Notes: generated from the sequence alone by a model not told the origin. A DNA stretch of 21,855 bases from Microcoleaceae cyanobacterium (GCA_051652765.1 JBOFUV010000038.1:1-21855); one strand, 5' to 3'. Positions 8,959-18,340 are shown, counted from the first letter of the stretch. Made by a program: numbers and translations.

Positions 8959-9174
8959 GACTTCACCTTAGATTGATGCTTTACAGTTTTAATTATGATC
9001 GATTACTTCTGGGCTTAAAAGTGTGGATGTTTCGACTTTGAGGTAGTAATAATTAGAAAGTTACATTCAATCCTGTTCTAAATATTCCGTTGAATTACTG
9101 ATGTTTGCTAGTGGCTTTATGATGGTTACGTGACCTGTTACGCTTAGGAGAGTCAATCTCAGGAGAACTCAGCC

Positions 9175-9504
9175 ATGATCATAACGACAACTAGCACCCT
9201 TCAGGACAAGCAAATCATTGAGTACTGTGGTGTTGTTAGTGGAGAGGCTATTTTAGGGACGAATATCTTTAGGGATTTCTTTGCGGGAATTCGAGATATC
9301 GTCGGGGGTCGTTCAGGAGCCTATGAGCAGTCTTTAAGAGAGGCTAAAAACACAGCCATGCGAGAAATGCAAGATGAAGCCAAATCCCTGGGAGCCAACG
9401 CTATTGTTGGGGTTGATCTAGACTATGAAACGATTTCTATTGGTGAAGGCGGCGGGATGTTAATGGTTGCAGCCAGTGGTACAGCAGTTAAGTATAGAGA
9501 CTAA
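9175..9504 (+). CDS. ybjQ: YbjQ/UPF0145 putative heavy-metal-binding protein
   Basis: Motifs [41 protein letters not shown] and [11 protein letters not shown], with an AGGAG RBS. Confidence 0.95.
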   Translation: MIITTTSTLQDKQIIEYCGVVSGEAILGTNIFRDFFAGIRDIVGGRSGAYEQSLREAKNTAMREMQDEAKSLGANAIVGVDLDYETISIGEGGGMLMVAASGTAVKYRD

Positions 9505-9660
9505 ACGTTCGAACAGTCTAGCAACTTTAGCCTGACTCAAAGTCAGCCTAAAGAGTGACTCACGGTTGCTACAATTCTGGTAATCTCTTATGTTCAGTGA
9601 GACTGAGTTGACTGACAGAGTTCAACAATTTACCTCAGGAATTTTACCTAGGAAAACGTC

Positions 9661-10173
9661 ATGAGTAACAAACTTCGCAATATTCTCGTTGGTGCTGGTA
9701 TTGCAGCAGTAGGCGCAATTGGAACTAAAAAAGCGGTGGACTACTTCCGCAATAAGGGGAAAGAAGAAGTTCCTGATCAAAATCAAGATGATGCCGAAGC
9801 AACTGCTCCGGATCAAGTCAGCTATGCCGTTGTCCAGGATACCTCGGTACAGCAGTTCTTGGATGCAAGTTTTGGAGAAGCAGGGCGTTATGCTCCGACT
9901 CGTGCCCCTAAAATGTTTGACTATCAGGGCGAACAGTACATGGTGATCTGGTCACGGGACAACAAAAAAGACAAAAATCAGATGATGGCCTTCAAGTATA
10001 CAGATGCAGGGCGCAAGATGGTTGCTAGCGTGGGTTACACCAACCAAGAAACGGACTACAATCTGTCTGGCTTAACTGGCACTCCTTTTGCAGTAGAAGT
10101 CAATGGCAAAAAATTGACTTCGGGTCAAGGGGAAACTAAAGGCACCGACGAGGTTGATTTTGTTCTAGCTTAG
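9661..10173 (+). CDS. Hypothetical protein with an N-terminal hydrophobic anchor
   Basis: 170-aa ORF with an AGGA RBS. A Gly/Ala-rich hydrophobic N-terminus precedes an acidic linker and a probable beta-rich domain. No family was recognised. Confidence 0.8.
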   Translation: MSNKLRNILVGAGIAAVGAIGTKKAVDYFRNKGKEEVPDQNQDDAEATAPDQVSYAVVQDTSVQQFLDASFGEAGRYAPTRAPKMFDYQGEQYMVIWSRDNKKDKNQMMAFKYTDAGRKMVASVGYTNQETDYNLSGLTGTPFAVEVNGKKLTSGQGETKGTDEVDFVLA

Positions 10174-10189
10174 TTCTAGCTTAGATGAG

Positions 10190-10741
10190 TTATTGGACGG
10201 GGCTAGAGCCACGGGGACACTTTAGCCCCTCTCCGGGCACTGGAGTTGGGGACAGATCAGGGGCCTGGGTAGAGGGCTTATCTGTTTTACAGATGTTTGC
10301 CATGGCCATGACTCCCCCTTCAGATTGGCCTACTGTTACCACTCCGGCATAGCTGGGTAATCCATCCAGCTTGGCTGCTGCCTTCATGACAACAGTCTGA
10401 GCATAATCTCCTTCAGTAACGATGGAGTAGGCATAGTCCTCGGTTTCGAGATTGAAGTTGATGGCGAGACTCTCAACGGAGCTGGAAAAATGGCCGTTTG
10501 CTTCGTAGTAGGCTTCCTGTCCAGCCGCCATCGCATTCATTACAAAGGATGCCTGGTTTTCTCCCTGAAATCCTGGAATATCTTCCGGCTTAGGCACTGA
10601 AAAACTGACTTCACATCCCGTGAGAACAGCAGGTGCAAGGATAACGAGTGCTAATACTTTCTGTCTCAACCCAACTTGTCTCAACTCAACTTGTCTCAAC
10701 CTAACGTGACTCAAACCAGCTTGTAAGCTTTTTCTGTTCAT
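10190..10741 (-). CDS. Type IV pilin-like G/H (Pilin_GH) domain protein, putative lipoprotein
   Basis: QEAYYEANGHF...ETEDYAYSI...LPSYAGVV...ICKT...CPRGS matches the cyanobacterial Pilin_GH pattern. A hydrophobic stretch ends in the lipobox LTGC. ATG 10741 is preferred over TTG 10783. Confidence 0.85.
   Translation of the reverse strand: MNRKSLQAGLSHVRLRQVELRQVGLRQKVLALVILAPAVLTGCEVSFSVPKPEDIPGFQGENQASFVMNAMAAGQEAYYEANGHFSSSVESLAINFNLETEDYAYSIVTEGDYAQTVVMKAAAKLDGLPSYAGVVTVGQSEGGVMAMANICKTDKPSTQAPDLSPTPVPGEGLKCPRGSSPVQ
10661..10720. repeat. Four-copy 15-bp in-frame repeat in the pilin-like gene signal region
   Basis: CTGTCTCAACCCAAC / TTGTCTCAACTCAAC / TTGTCTCAACCTAAC / GTGACTCAAACCAGC encodes AGLSH-VRLRQ-VELRQ-VGLRQ on the minus strand. 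Confidence 0.88.
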
Positions 10742-11039
10742 TATTCTAAATTGCCTTTCCAAATCACCTGCTAAATCAACCAAAACTCAACAGCATCTTG
10801 TACTGTGTTACTTTGATCTACAGCCTTAGAGGAGGTTTTTCCTGACGCTGTTAGAACTTTATCGGTTCAAGTTAAGAGTTTTATGAATAGACCTAAGACT
10901 AGTCGTTTGTCAACGTTGATTAAGTTGTGTAGGTTACTGTTGAGTTGCGAGATGAGACCCCACATCAAATCAAAATTCTCAAAGGCTTGTTGGATTGCCT
11001 GATGTTAACCCAACCTACAAAATTGATCTAGACAAACCA

Positions 11040-12863
11040 CTAGACTTCATCATGAGTTTGCTGTTGGATAGGGATTTTTAGGATAAACTCTGTGCCCTTA
11101 CCTTGTACTGAGCAACACTCCAACGTGCCGCCATGTTTCTCGACGACAATCTGATGGCTGATCGACATCCCTAAGCCTGTTCCTTTGCCGATGGCTTTTG
11201 TCGTAAAAAATGGATCAAAAATCCGCTGGCGAACTAATTCAGGTATTCCAACGCCATTATCAGAAATTACAATTTTTACCCAGTTTTCGTCAATCCTAGA
11301 AGTCTGAATCCTAATTTGGCTAGGGTCTTCCTTGATCTGCTGATTTGTCCGTTTGGCATTAGCTTCCTCCAACGCATCAGTAGCATTGACTAGAATATTC
11401 ATTAATGCCTGATTGAGTTGACTAGGATAGCATTCCACTGGCGGTAGACTGCCATACTCACGCCTGACCTGAATCGCTGGATGGTCTGATGTCTCTTTCA
11501 AACGATGCTGCAAAATCAACAATGTACTGTCGATGCCCTCATGTAGATCAACGGCTTTGAAGTCTGCTTCATCAAGTCGTGAGAAGTTGCGGAGTGACAA
11601 GACAATCTGACGAATGCGCCCAGTGCCCATCTTCATAGAATCCAGGACTTTGGATAGATCGGCTTGGATAAACTCGATGTCAAGCTCTTCTGCCCCAGCT
11701 TCGATTTCTGGGCCTGGGTCAGGATAGTGGTCTTGGTACAGTTGCACGAAGTCTAGGAGATTGTCGGTATATTCCTGTATATGAGTCAGGTTACCGTGAA
11801 TAAAGTTGACTGGATTATTGATTTCATGGGCTATCCCTGCCACCATTTGTCCTAGGGCAGACATTTTTTCGCTCTGCACCATCTGAACCTGAGCGCGTTG
11901 CAGTTCTTCTAGAAGCTGGTTTCTTTCCACGATTTTGGACTCTAGGGACTGGCTATAGGTTTCCAGTTGTTCCTTGGCAACTTGTTGTTGTTGCAAAAGC
12001 TGCTTGACAGAGTGAATCAGTTGATTGAACGCCTGGGCTAGCATCCCAATTTCATCATCTTGTTCAACCGTTGCTTGCAGGTCAAAATTGGATTCTTCTG
12101 TCGATTGCTTGGCAACACTGGTGAGCGCCGCAATGGGTTGGGTAATTGCTCGAATGATCAAACTGGCCAACAACGCGGCGATCGCCGTAGACAATACCAT
12201 ACTGGCAATCATAATCTTCTGGATGAGTTCTTCTGCTTTTATTTGCTCCCTGTCCGCGCCCTCAAGGTGCTGTTGGGCTGCGTCAACTAAGCTCACCAGA
12301 TCATCCGAAATACCATCAAATTTCAGGGCCAAATCGCTGTTGGTAAATTCCAACATCAGCTTTTGAGCTTGCTCAACTTCATTGGACAAGGTGGGATTCA
12401 GGTTCTGAATTTGTTCAACTCGTTGGTTGACTTCCTGGAAGTAGTCTTTTGGTACATGATTGTAGGTTTGCAAGAAAGCAGGAATCTGGGTTGGTGTATC
12501 TCCCACCAGTTGGCGAGACTCTGTTATAAATGCATTGAGTTCAGCCAAAGTTTCATAGATTTCAGCTTCATGGTCAAGGATGTGAGCATATTCATCTTGA
12601 AATTGATCTGGGTATTGCGCCAGAGGGATAAGTTGTTGTTGATGGGTGCGAGCCTGAAGAACACCAGATTGGAGGCGACTCAATAGTGCCAATTCTTCGT
12701 GTGCCCACTCCTCTCGCTGTTGAGCCTGTTGTTGATAGTAATTCCCGACCACAATACCGATGATTGCTCCAGAAACAGCAATTCCTACGGAAAGGGCATA
12801 CCCTAAGCCAATCTTTTGCCCAACATTGAGGTTAGATAACCATTTTTTTAGCGTCTGCCGCAT
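11040..12863 (-). CDS. Membrane sensor histidine kinase (TM, helical sensor, TM, HAMP, HisKA, HATPase_c)
   Basis: Two hydrophobic segments, HAMP (PIAAL...[12 protein letters not shown]), H-box [10 protein letters not shown]-box [12 protein letters not shown]1 DNGVGI, F-box FDPFFTTK and G2 GTGLGM. Confidence 0.96.
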   Translation of the reverse strand: MRQTLKKWLSNLNVGQKIGLGYALSVGIAVSGAIIGIVVGNYYQQQAQQREEWAHEELALLSRLQSGVLQARTHQQQLIPLAQYPDQFQDEYAHILDHEAEIYETLAELNAFITESRQLVGDTPTQIPAFLQTYNHVPKDYFQEVNQRVEQIQNLNPTLSNEVEQAQKLMLEFTNSDLALKFDGISDDLVSLVDAAQQHLEGADREQIKAEELIQKIMIASMVLSTAIAALLASLIIRAITQPIAALTSVAKQSTEESNFDLQATVEQDDEIGMLAQAFNQLIHSVKQLLQQQQVAKEQLETYSQSLESKIVERNQLLEELQRAQVQMVQSEKMSALGQMVAGIAHEINNPVNFIHGNLTHIQEYTDNLLDFVQLYQDHYPDPGPEIEAGAEELDIEFIQADLSKVLDSMKMGTGRIRQIVLSLRNFSRLDEADFKAVDLHEGIDSTLLILQHRLKETSDHPAIQVRREYGSLPPVECYPSQLNQALMNILVNATDALEEANAKRTNQQIKEDPSQIRIQTSRIDENWVKIVISDNGVGIPELVRQRIFDPFFTTKAIGKGTGLGMSISHQIVVEKHGGTLECCSVQGKGTEFILKIPIQQQTHDEV

Positions 12864-13169
12864 AATAAATTCTCAAAGCTAACAGTTATTATGAATTTAT
12901 AGTTCCCATTTCTACTGAAAAACTAAACTTCGCTGAACGTTAGGTCAGGCTGAACCCTTGGGGATTGTCAGGGCAACCCGATGAAAATTTTTGATCCGTG
13001 TGGATCAGGTATTTTAACCCTTAAGTATTTTTGCTTGCCAGGTTTAGAACCCTGACTAGATCAGAGTCCAATATTTTATGCATTAGCCCTGTAAGGACTG
13101 TTAATCCGCAGGGTTATAGAGTTGGGTTTGAGGTAAGATACTATTGCATTTTTATACAAACCAAGGGTT

Positions 13170-13811
13170 ATGTTTCTCAAGCCTTTAATAATTCCCTCTG
13201 TCGTATCAGGTGTTGTCATTGTTGCATCAACACTAGCTGTGTTTGCGGATGAGGTAGCAACGGTGACTACAGATAATCTAAACGTGCGTTCAGGCCCAGG
13301 GACAAACTATGCCGTGACCTTCGTTTTACGTCGGGGAGATGTGGTTGGAATCACCAGACGCGATGGAAACTGGGCATTTGTTGTGGGTGAAAGAGGTGGC
13401 GAAGGGTGGGTTGATGCTCGCTATTTGTCGTCGTCGGGCAATTCGTCTCCTTCCCCCAATCCCGAGAGCACCAGTGACGTTTTTAAAGGCCAAGGAACAA
13501 TTGACAACGCCCGCTATAATGGTTCAGGTGATGCGAGCTTAGTGATTGTCCGTGAAAACAATGGAGCTTCAGTAATGCTGAGTAATCCTGGGCAATTTTC
13601 CATAGAGTATATTGGTAGAGTTCGGAGCAACTTCGAGGGCACAATCCAAGTTCAGGTTGAGCAATTTCGTTCGTCTGAAATGGGTTATCGTACCGTTCCT
13701 GCTGCTGGGGATTGCGATATACAAGTTAGCAGTGATAATATTCGCCGGATTTTCTGTACTGTTACTGGCAATGGCATCGATCATGGCAGAAGCAATTTCA
13801 ACGCCAGATAG
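13170..13811 (+). CDS. Secreted SH3b (bacterial SH3) domain protein
   Basis: Signal peptide ending VFA, then an SH3b pattern (LNVRSGPGTNY...GNW...GWVDARYL). A Ser/Pro linker leads to an unknown C-terminal domain. Confidence 0.9.
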   Translation: MFLKPLIIPSVVSGVVIVASTLAVFADEVATVTTDNLNVRSGPGTNYAVTFVLRRGDVVGITRRDGNWAFVVGERGGEGWVDARYLSSSGNSSPSPNPESTSDVFKGQGTIDNARYNGSGDASLVIVRENNGASVMLSNPGQFSIEYIGRVRSNFEGTIQVQVEQFRSSEMGYRTVPAAGDCDIQVSSDNIRRIFCTVTGNGIDHGRSNFNAR

Positions 13812-14045
13812 CATCTAGTCCCAATCTCCGTCGATGTAATCTTGCTCCAAACTCAAGATTGCATCAGCGGGATTGAGGACGGGCTAAAGGTTGATTGCGA
13901 TCGCATCGAGCAAATAGAAGAAGTAGAAGCGATGCTTGAGAAATTGAAGGGTTGAGAGAAATTCAGCGAGAACGATAAGCTACAGTTAGCAATGGTTTTT
14001 GGGGTTAATTGAGGATGATGTCGAGTTGGGGTTGAAGGATTGAAT

Positions 14046-14594
14046 ATGCAAGCAACAGATCAATATCTATGGACTCTAGACCGCTATCACCACGCCGTAA
14101 ATGCCGGAGTTTTTGAGGATCAGAAAATTGAATTATTGGCAGGAAAGTTAATCAAGATGAGTCCAGAGGGAACGCCTCACGCAGGAGCTATTCGGGATCT
14201 GGTTGATCGCTTGAAGGATCAACTTGGCAAGAAAGCAATCGTTAGTGATGGACACCCCGTTACACTCTCCCCAACCTCAGAGCCAGAGCCAGACATTGCA
14301 GTCGTTCAACCGCTGGGGAAGGAATACCGGGAACATCATCCCTATCCTGAAAATATTTTCTGGATTATCGAGTTTTCTAATGCCAGTCTGGAGAAGGATC
14401 TCAGCCAGAAGCGTCAGCTCTATGCGATCGCTCGCATCCCTGAATACTGGGTGGTGAATTTGAGACAGAAGCAGGTTCATGTTTATCGGCAGCCTGAGAA
14501 TGAAGCGTTTCAGTGGGAGATGCTGTTCAATAGCGGAACGTTATCCCCTGAAGCTTTCCCCGATATTGTGGTTGATTTGAGTGAATTGTTCTGA
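14046..14594 (+). CDS. Uma2 family (DUF820) PD-(D/E)xK endonuclease
   Basis: Motifs WTLDRYH, IELLAG, MSPEG, EPEPDIAVV, IIEFS, KRQLYA and IPEYWVVNL. ATG 14046 follows a GAAGGA RBS. Confidence 0.95.
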   Translation: MQATDQYLWTLDRYHHAVNAGVFEDQKIELLAGKLIKMSPEGTPHAGAIRDLVDRLKDQLGKKAIVSDGHPVTLSPTSEPEPDIAVVQPLGKEYREHHPYPENIFWIIEFSNASLEKDLSQKRQLYAIARIPEYWVVNLRQKQVHVYRQPENEAFQWEMLFNSGTLSPEAFPDIVVDLSELF

Positions 14595-14642
14595 GGCGCG
14601 ATCGCACGCACTTTAAGGAGGGAACTCCAAGGAGGGACAAAT

Positions 14643-15185
14643 TTGACATTCAACGAAGTTATGATCACTCTACGCTCCGCCACCTCCGCTGATTTGGATC
14701 TGTTGCGATATTGGGATGAGCAACCTCACGTGATTTCCTCAGATCCTAACGATGACTGGGGCTGGGAGGTAGAACTTGACCGCACCCCTGATTGGAGGGA
14801 GCAATTGATTGCCGAAATTGAGGGTCGTCCCATTGGATTTGTCCAGATTATCGATCCGGCCCTTGAGGAGAGTCACTATTGGGGTGATGTCGCGGCAGAT
14901 CTTCGTGCCATTGACATTTGGATTGGAGAAGAGACCGATTTGGGCAAAGGCTATGGGACGAAAATGATGCAGCTTGCAATCGCCCGATGTTTCGGAGGCA
15001 CGGCTGTGACGGCTGTGCTGATTGACCCGCTTGCCAGTAACACTCGCGCCCACCGCTTCTATGAACGTCTTGGCTTCCAATTTATCGAGTACCGACGGTT
15101 TGATAAGGATGACTGCTGCATTTATCGCCTGAACCGAGCCGATTGGCATCCTGAAAGTGAGATCGCATCGCCAAGTCGCAGTTAG
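14643..15185 (+). CDS. GNAT N-acetyltransferase, AAC(6')-like fold
   Basis: Motifs GRPIGFVQ, AIDIWIGE, acetyl-CoA loop LGKGYGT and DPLASNTRAHRFYERLGF. The start is TTG 14643 (AAGGAGG upstream) or ATG 14661. Confidence 0.92.
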   Translation: MTFNEVMITLRSATSADLDLLRYWDEQPHVISSDPNDDWGWEVELDRTPDWREQLIAEIEGRPIGFVQIIDPALEESHYWGDVAADLRAIDIWIGEETDLGKGYGTKMMQLAIARCFGGTAVTAVLIDPLASNTRAHRFYERLGFQFIEYRRFDKDDCCIYRLNRADWHPESEIASPSRS

Positions 15186-15235
15186 CAAGTGATCGCCCCT
15201 GCACACCAACTGTTAGACGTTGAGGGTTGAGCGAG

Positions 15236-17542
15236 TCAAGTGAGCCTGAAGTTTCGCAATCGCAAGGCATTGGTGACAACCGACACCGAACTCATGGCCA
15301 TTGCTGCTCCGGCAATCATCGGATTGAGTAACCAGCCAAACACGGGGTACAACACTCCTGCAGCAATGGGGATGCCCAAAGCATTGTAAATAAAGGCAAA
15401 GAACAAGTTTTGACGAATGTTGTTGAGGGTGGCTCGACTCAGTTTAATGGCAGTGACAATACCATTCAGATCTCCTGAAATTAACGTGATATCACTCGCC
15501 GCGATCGCCACATCAGTTCCCGTTCCAATTGCGATGCCAACATCAGCTTGGGCCAAAGCTGGCGCATCATTAATGCCATCTCCCACCATGGCAACGATGC
15601 AATGAGAATCTCGTTTTTTTCGTCGCTCTTGTTGCCAGGATTGAGCTTGTAAAGATTGAACCATATTGATTTTTTGATCAGGACGCACTTCGGCAAAAAC
15701 TCGATCAATGCCAACTTGAGCCGCGATCGCCTCCGCCGCTTGGCGGTTATCCCCGGTGAGCATGATCACTTCTAGGCCCATTCTTTGTAGGGTTTTTACG
15801 GCTTGTCCTGAAGAGGGTTTGAGGGCATCGGCAATCCCCATCAGTCCTTCAATTTGATGATTCATCGCAATCCAAACCGTGGTTTTTCCTTCTGCTTCCC
15901 ATTGATCTTTCAATTGAGGGTTCAACCGTGGCAATGCTTCAGTCCTGATGTTCAATTCATTCATCCACTGAGTGGTGCCAATCTGTACCCATTGTCCGGC
16001 AACCTTGCCTTGAACCCCCAGCCCCGCAATTGCCTCAAAGTCCTCCGGTTCAGGCAGGGGAAACGGCACCTCTTGAGATTTGGCATACTGTACGATAGCC
16101 TCTGCCAAGGGATGCTCAGACTGATGTTCAATCGCTGCCACCAGACGCAGCAATTTTAGTTCATGATCCTCAACTATCCCCCCCACGGTTACAAAGTTAG
16201 TCACGGTTGGTTTTCCTTGGGTTAAGGTTCCAGTTTTATCCAATACAATAATTTGAATGCTGTGGGCGCGTTCTAAACTTTCTGCATTTCGAATTAAAAT
16301 GCCATGTTCTGCCCCTAAGCCTGTTCCCACCATGACGGATGTGGGTGTTGCTAATCCCAAAGCGCAGGGGCAGGCAATAATTAAAACTCCTATTGCTGTT
16401 GTCATAGCTAGGGCCAAATTCCCCGTCGCACCAAACCAAATCACAAAGGTTAACAGGGCAATCATCATCACCACTGGAACAAACCACCCTATCACTTGGT
16501 CGGCGAGTTTTTGAATCGGTGCCTTAGATCCTTGGGCGGATTGAGTCAGTTGAATAATTTGGGCAAGCACCATATCTTTCCCTACCCGTGATGCCTGGAA
16601 TTTAAAACTTCCGGTTTTGTTCAGTGTGGCTCCAATCACTTCATCCCCGGATTGTTTTTGGACAGGAATACTTTCGCCGGTGATCATGGCTTCATCTACC
16701 GTGGAGCTGCCGTTAATGACTTTGCCATCGACCGGAATTTTCTCACCCGGACGCACGATGATTACGTCTCCTTTGACAACGGCCTGAATTGGAATATCCA
16801 GCTCCTCCCCTGAACGCACAACCCGGGCTGTTTTTGCCTGCAACCCCATTAATTTCTGAATTGCTTCCGATGCTTTTCCCCTAGCCCGGTGCTCCAGTAA
16901 TTGTCCCAATAAAATTAAGGTGATAATTACTGCGGCTGATTCATAGTAAACCTGTGTATCGAGGGCTTGATTGAGCAAATCTTGCGGAAAAACGGTTGCC
17001 CACAAGGAATAAAGGTAAGCTGATCCCGTCCCGATCGAAATCAAAGTATTCATATCGGTACTTCGACGTTTTAATCCCTGCCAAGCCCGCTGAAAAAACG
17101 TGCGGCCCCCCCAAATCATCACAGGAGTTGTTAACATGAGTTGCACTCCATGGTTATGCAACCAGTGGGGGATGAAGGGCAGTTTAATTCCCAACATCAT
17201 CGGCAGAGAACCAATCACTAAAAGGGCACTGACGATACCACAAATGACAACTTTGCGGATTAAGTGTTGCTCAAGCTGACGGTTTTCCTGATCCTGTTGA
17301 CTAACCTGATCTGTAAAGTTTGTAAAGTCTTCTAAGGGCCGGGAACGATATCCCGCATTGGTAACAGCTTGTTGAATAGCTGGTAGATTCGTTTGCTCGG
17401 GATTGTACTGCACGGTTGCCTGTTCAGCGCCAAAACTGACCTGGCATTCAATTACCCCTGACACTTGCTGAATCGCGTGTTCAATTTTATTAGCACAGGC
17501 GGCACAGCTCATTCCTTGCAACCGCAAATAGGTCGTTTCCAT
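15236..17542 (-). CDS. pacS: Copper-translocating P1B-1 ATPase (PacS/CopA type)
   Basis: HMA domain GMSCAAC, then TGES, CPC, DKTGT, SEHP and [10 protein letters not shown] and MAMSS are the Cu(I) transmembrane ligands. ATG 17542 follows a GGGAG RBS. PacS is preferred over CtaA by resemblance only. Confidence 0.93.
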   Translation of the reverse strand: METTYLRLQGMSCAACANKIEHAIQQVSGVIECQVSFGAEQATVQYNPEQTNLPAIQQAVTNAGYRSRPLEDFTNFTDQVSQQDQENRQLEQHLIRKVVICGIVSALLVIGSLPMMLGIKLPFIPHWLHNHGVQLMLTTPVMIWGGRTFFQRAWQGLKRRSTDMNTLISIGTGSAYLYSLWATVFPQDLLNQALDTQVYYESAAVIITLILLGQLLEHRARGKASEAIQKLMGLQAKTARVVRSGEELDIPIQAVVKGDVIIVRPGEKIPVDGKVINGSSTVDEAMITGESIPVQKQSGDEVIGATLNKTGSFKFQASRVGKDMVLAQIIQLTQSAQGSKAPIQKLADQVIGWFVPVVMMIALLTFVIWFGATGNLALAMTTAIGVLIIACPCALGLATPTSVMVGTGLGAEHGILIRNAESLERAHSIQIIVLDKTGTLTQGKPTVTNFVTVGGIVEDHELKLLRLVAAIEHQSEHPLAEAIVQYAKSQEVPFPLPEPEDFEAIAGLGVQGKVAGQWVQIGTTQWMNELNIRTEALPRLNPQLKDQWEAEGKTTVWIAMNHQIEGLMGIADALKPSSGQAVKTLQRMGLEVIMLTGDNRQAAEAIAAQVGIDRVFAEVRPDQKINMVQSLQAQSWQQERRKKRDSHCIVAMVGDGINDAPALAQADVGIAIGTGTDVAIAASDITLISGDLNGIVTAIKLSRATLNNIRQNLFFAFIYNALGIPIAAGVLYPVFGWLLNPMIAGAAMAMSSVSVVTNALRLRNFRLT

Positions 17543-17586
17543 CACCCTGACTCCCTGTTGCGTTGTGTTAGGCTATCTTTACCTTT

Positions 17587-17618
17587 AGGATAGAGTCTCT
17601 AGTCGAGTGGAGAGTCAA
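17587..17618 (-). promoter_or_regulatory. MerR-family (CueR/ZntR-like) promoter-operator for the Cu-ATPase
   Basis: On the minus strand, -35 TTGACT (17618-17613) and -10 TATCCT (17592-17587) are separated by a 20-bp spacer. The spacer holds the dyad TCTCTAGTC|GAGTGGAGA (17596-17613). Confidence 0.8.
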
Positions 17619-17797
17619 GGGAAACCGTAATTTTAGTGTTAGTTATTTTATTCAATCTTCCTATTGATAGATTCTAATGATTTTAAAAGTAGACTTTCCC
17701 GGTATGAATTGATGCCGAAGTTATATCTAGAGATTGATTTGATGGCCTACTTCTCACTGATATAAAAGTGATAGTTCAATTCAGGAGAAATTCAACA

Positions 17798-18283
17798 ATG
17801 AAACTCAAGATTGCAGATTTCGTGAAGCGTAGTCGGTCTCTGATCGTTGGTGGTTTTCTGATCGTTTCGTTCATCTTTTTAGGAACAATTGGAGATGTGA
17901 GTGCTGCCGCGATCGCTGCTTCAATCAACACCCCTAAACTGATGGCAACGAGCGCATCCAGTCTGTCTCAAGAGGTGACAGGCAAGGTGAAGGAAGACAT
18001 CGGTACTACCCAAAAGAAACTTGGTAAAGTCTCCGCAGAAGTTGAAGGGACTGTAAATCAGGTCAAAGGTCGGGCTAAGCGAGACGCGGGCAAAACCCAA
18101 GCCAAGTTAGAAGATGCCCAACAGTCAATGAAAAATCGCGCCAGAAAAGACCTCAATACAACGCAAAATACCAGTGATCGGGCGAGTAACCGCATCGCTG
18201 AAACTGCTGACCAAGTCGGTGATAAAGTCACAGAAACTGCCGAAGGCACGGTTGACTCCATTAAGAACTTTTTTGGTCAATAG
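17798..18283 (+). CDS. CsbD/LEA-like stress protein with an N-terminal membrane or signal segment
   Basis: AGGAG RBS before ATG 17798. A hydrophobic N-region is followed by K/E/D/A/T-rich helical repeats (EGTVNQVKGRAK), ending IKNFFGQ. Confidence 0.8.
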   Translation: MKLKIADFVKRSRSLIVGGFLIVSFIFLGTIGDVSAAAIAASINTPKLMATSASSLSQEVTGKVKEDIGTTQKKLGKVSAEVEGTVNQVKGRAKRDAGKTQAKLEDAQQSMKNRARKDLNTTQNTSDRASNRIAETADQVGDKVTETAEGTVDSIKNFFGQ

Positions 18284-18340
18284 ATTAGATCGCGATCGCT
18301 CAACCCCACTCGTCAACGATTTACTGAGAAGGAGTTACAT

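Noticed and set aside
12968..13005. c-di-GMP-I riboswitch-like start (GGGCAACCCGAT-GAAA-ATT)
   Set aside because: The expected GG-GACGCAAAG continuation and second stem are absent.
13809..13955. Programmed stop-codon readthrough of the SH3b gene
   Set aside because: A 47-codon open stretch can arise by chance or from a gene remnant, and no recoding signal is visible.
3956..14594. Helicase plus Uma2 nuclease as an anti-phage defence system
   Set aside because: The genes are about 7.6 kb apart with unrelated genes between them, and both belong to families common in cyanobacteria outside defence loci.
15140..15220. Integron attC site after the GNAT gene (GTTAGAC at 15212)
   Set aside because: There is no suitably spaced complementary RYYYAAC box or extended imperfect palindrome, and no integrase in the window.
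12025..16514. Nested or antisense ORFs in the kinase, SH3b, Uma2, GNAT and ATPase genes, including 14739-15209 (-) and 13031-13252 (+)
   Set aside because: They are explained by the codon structure of the real genes and have no independent support.
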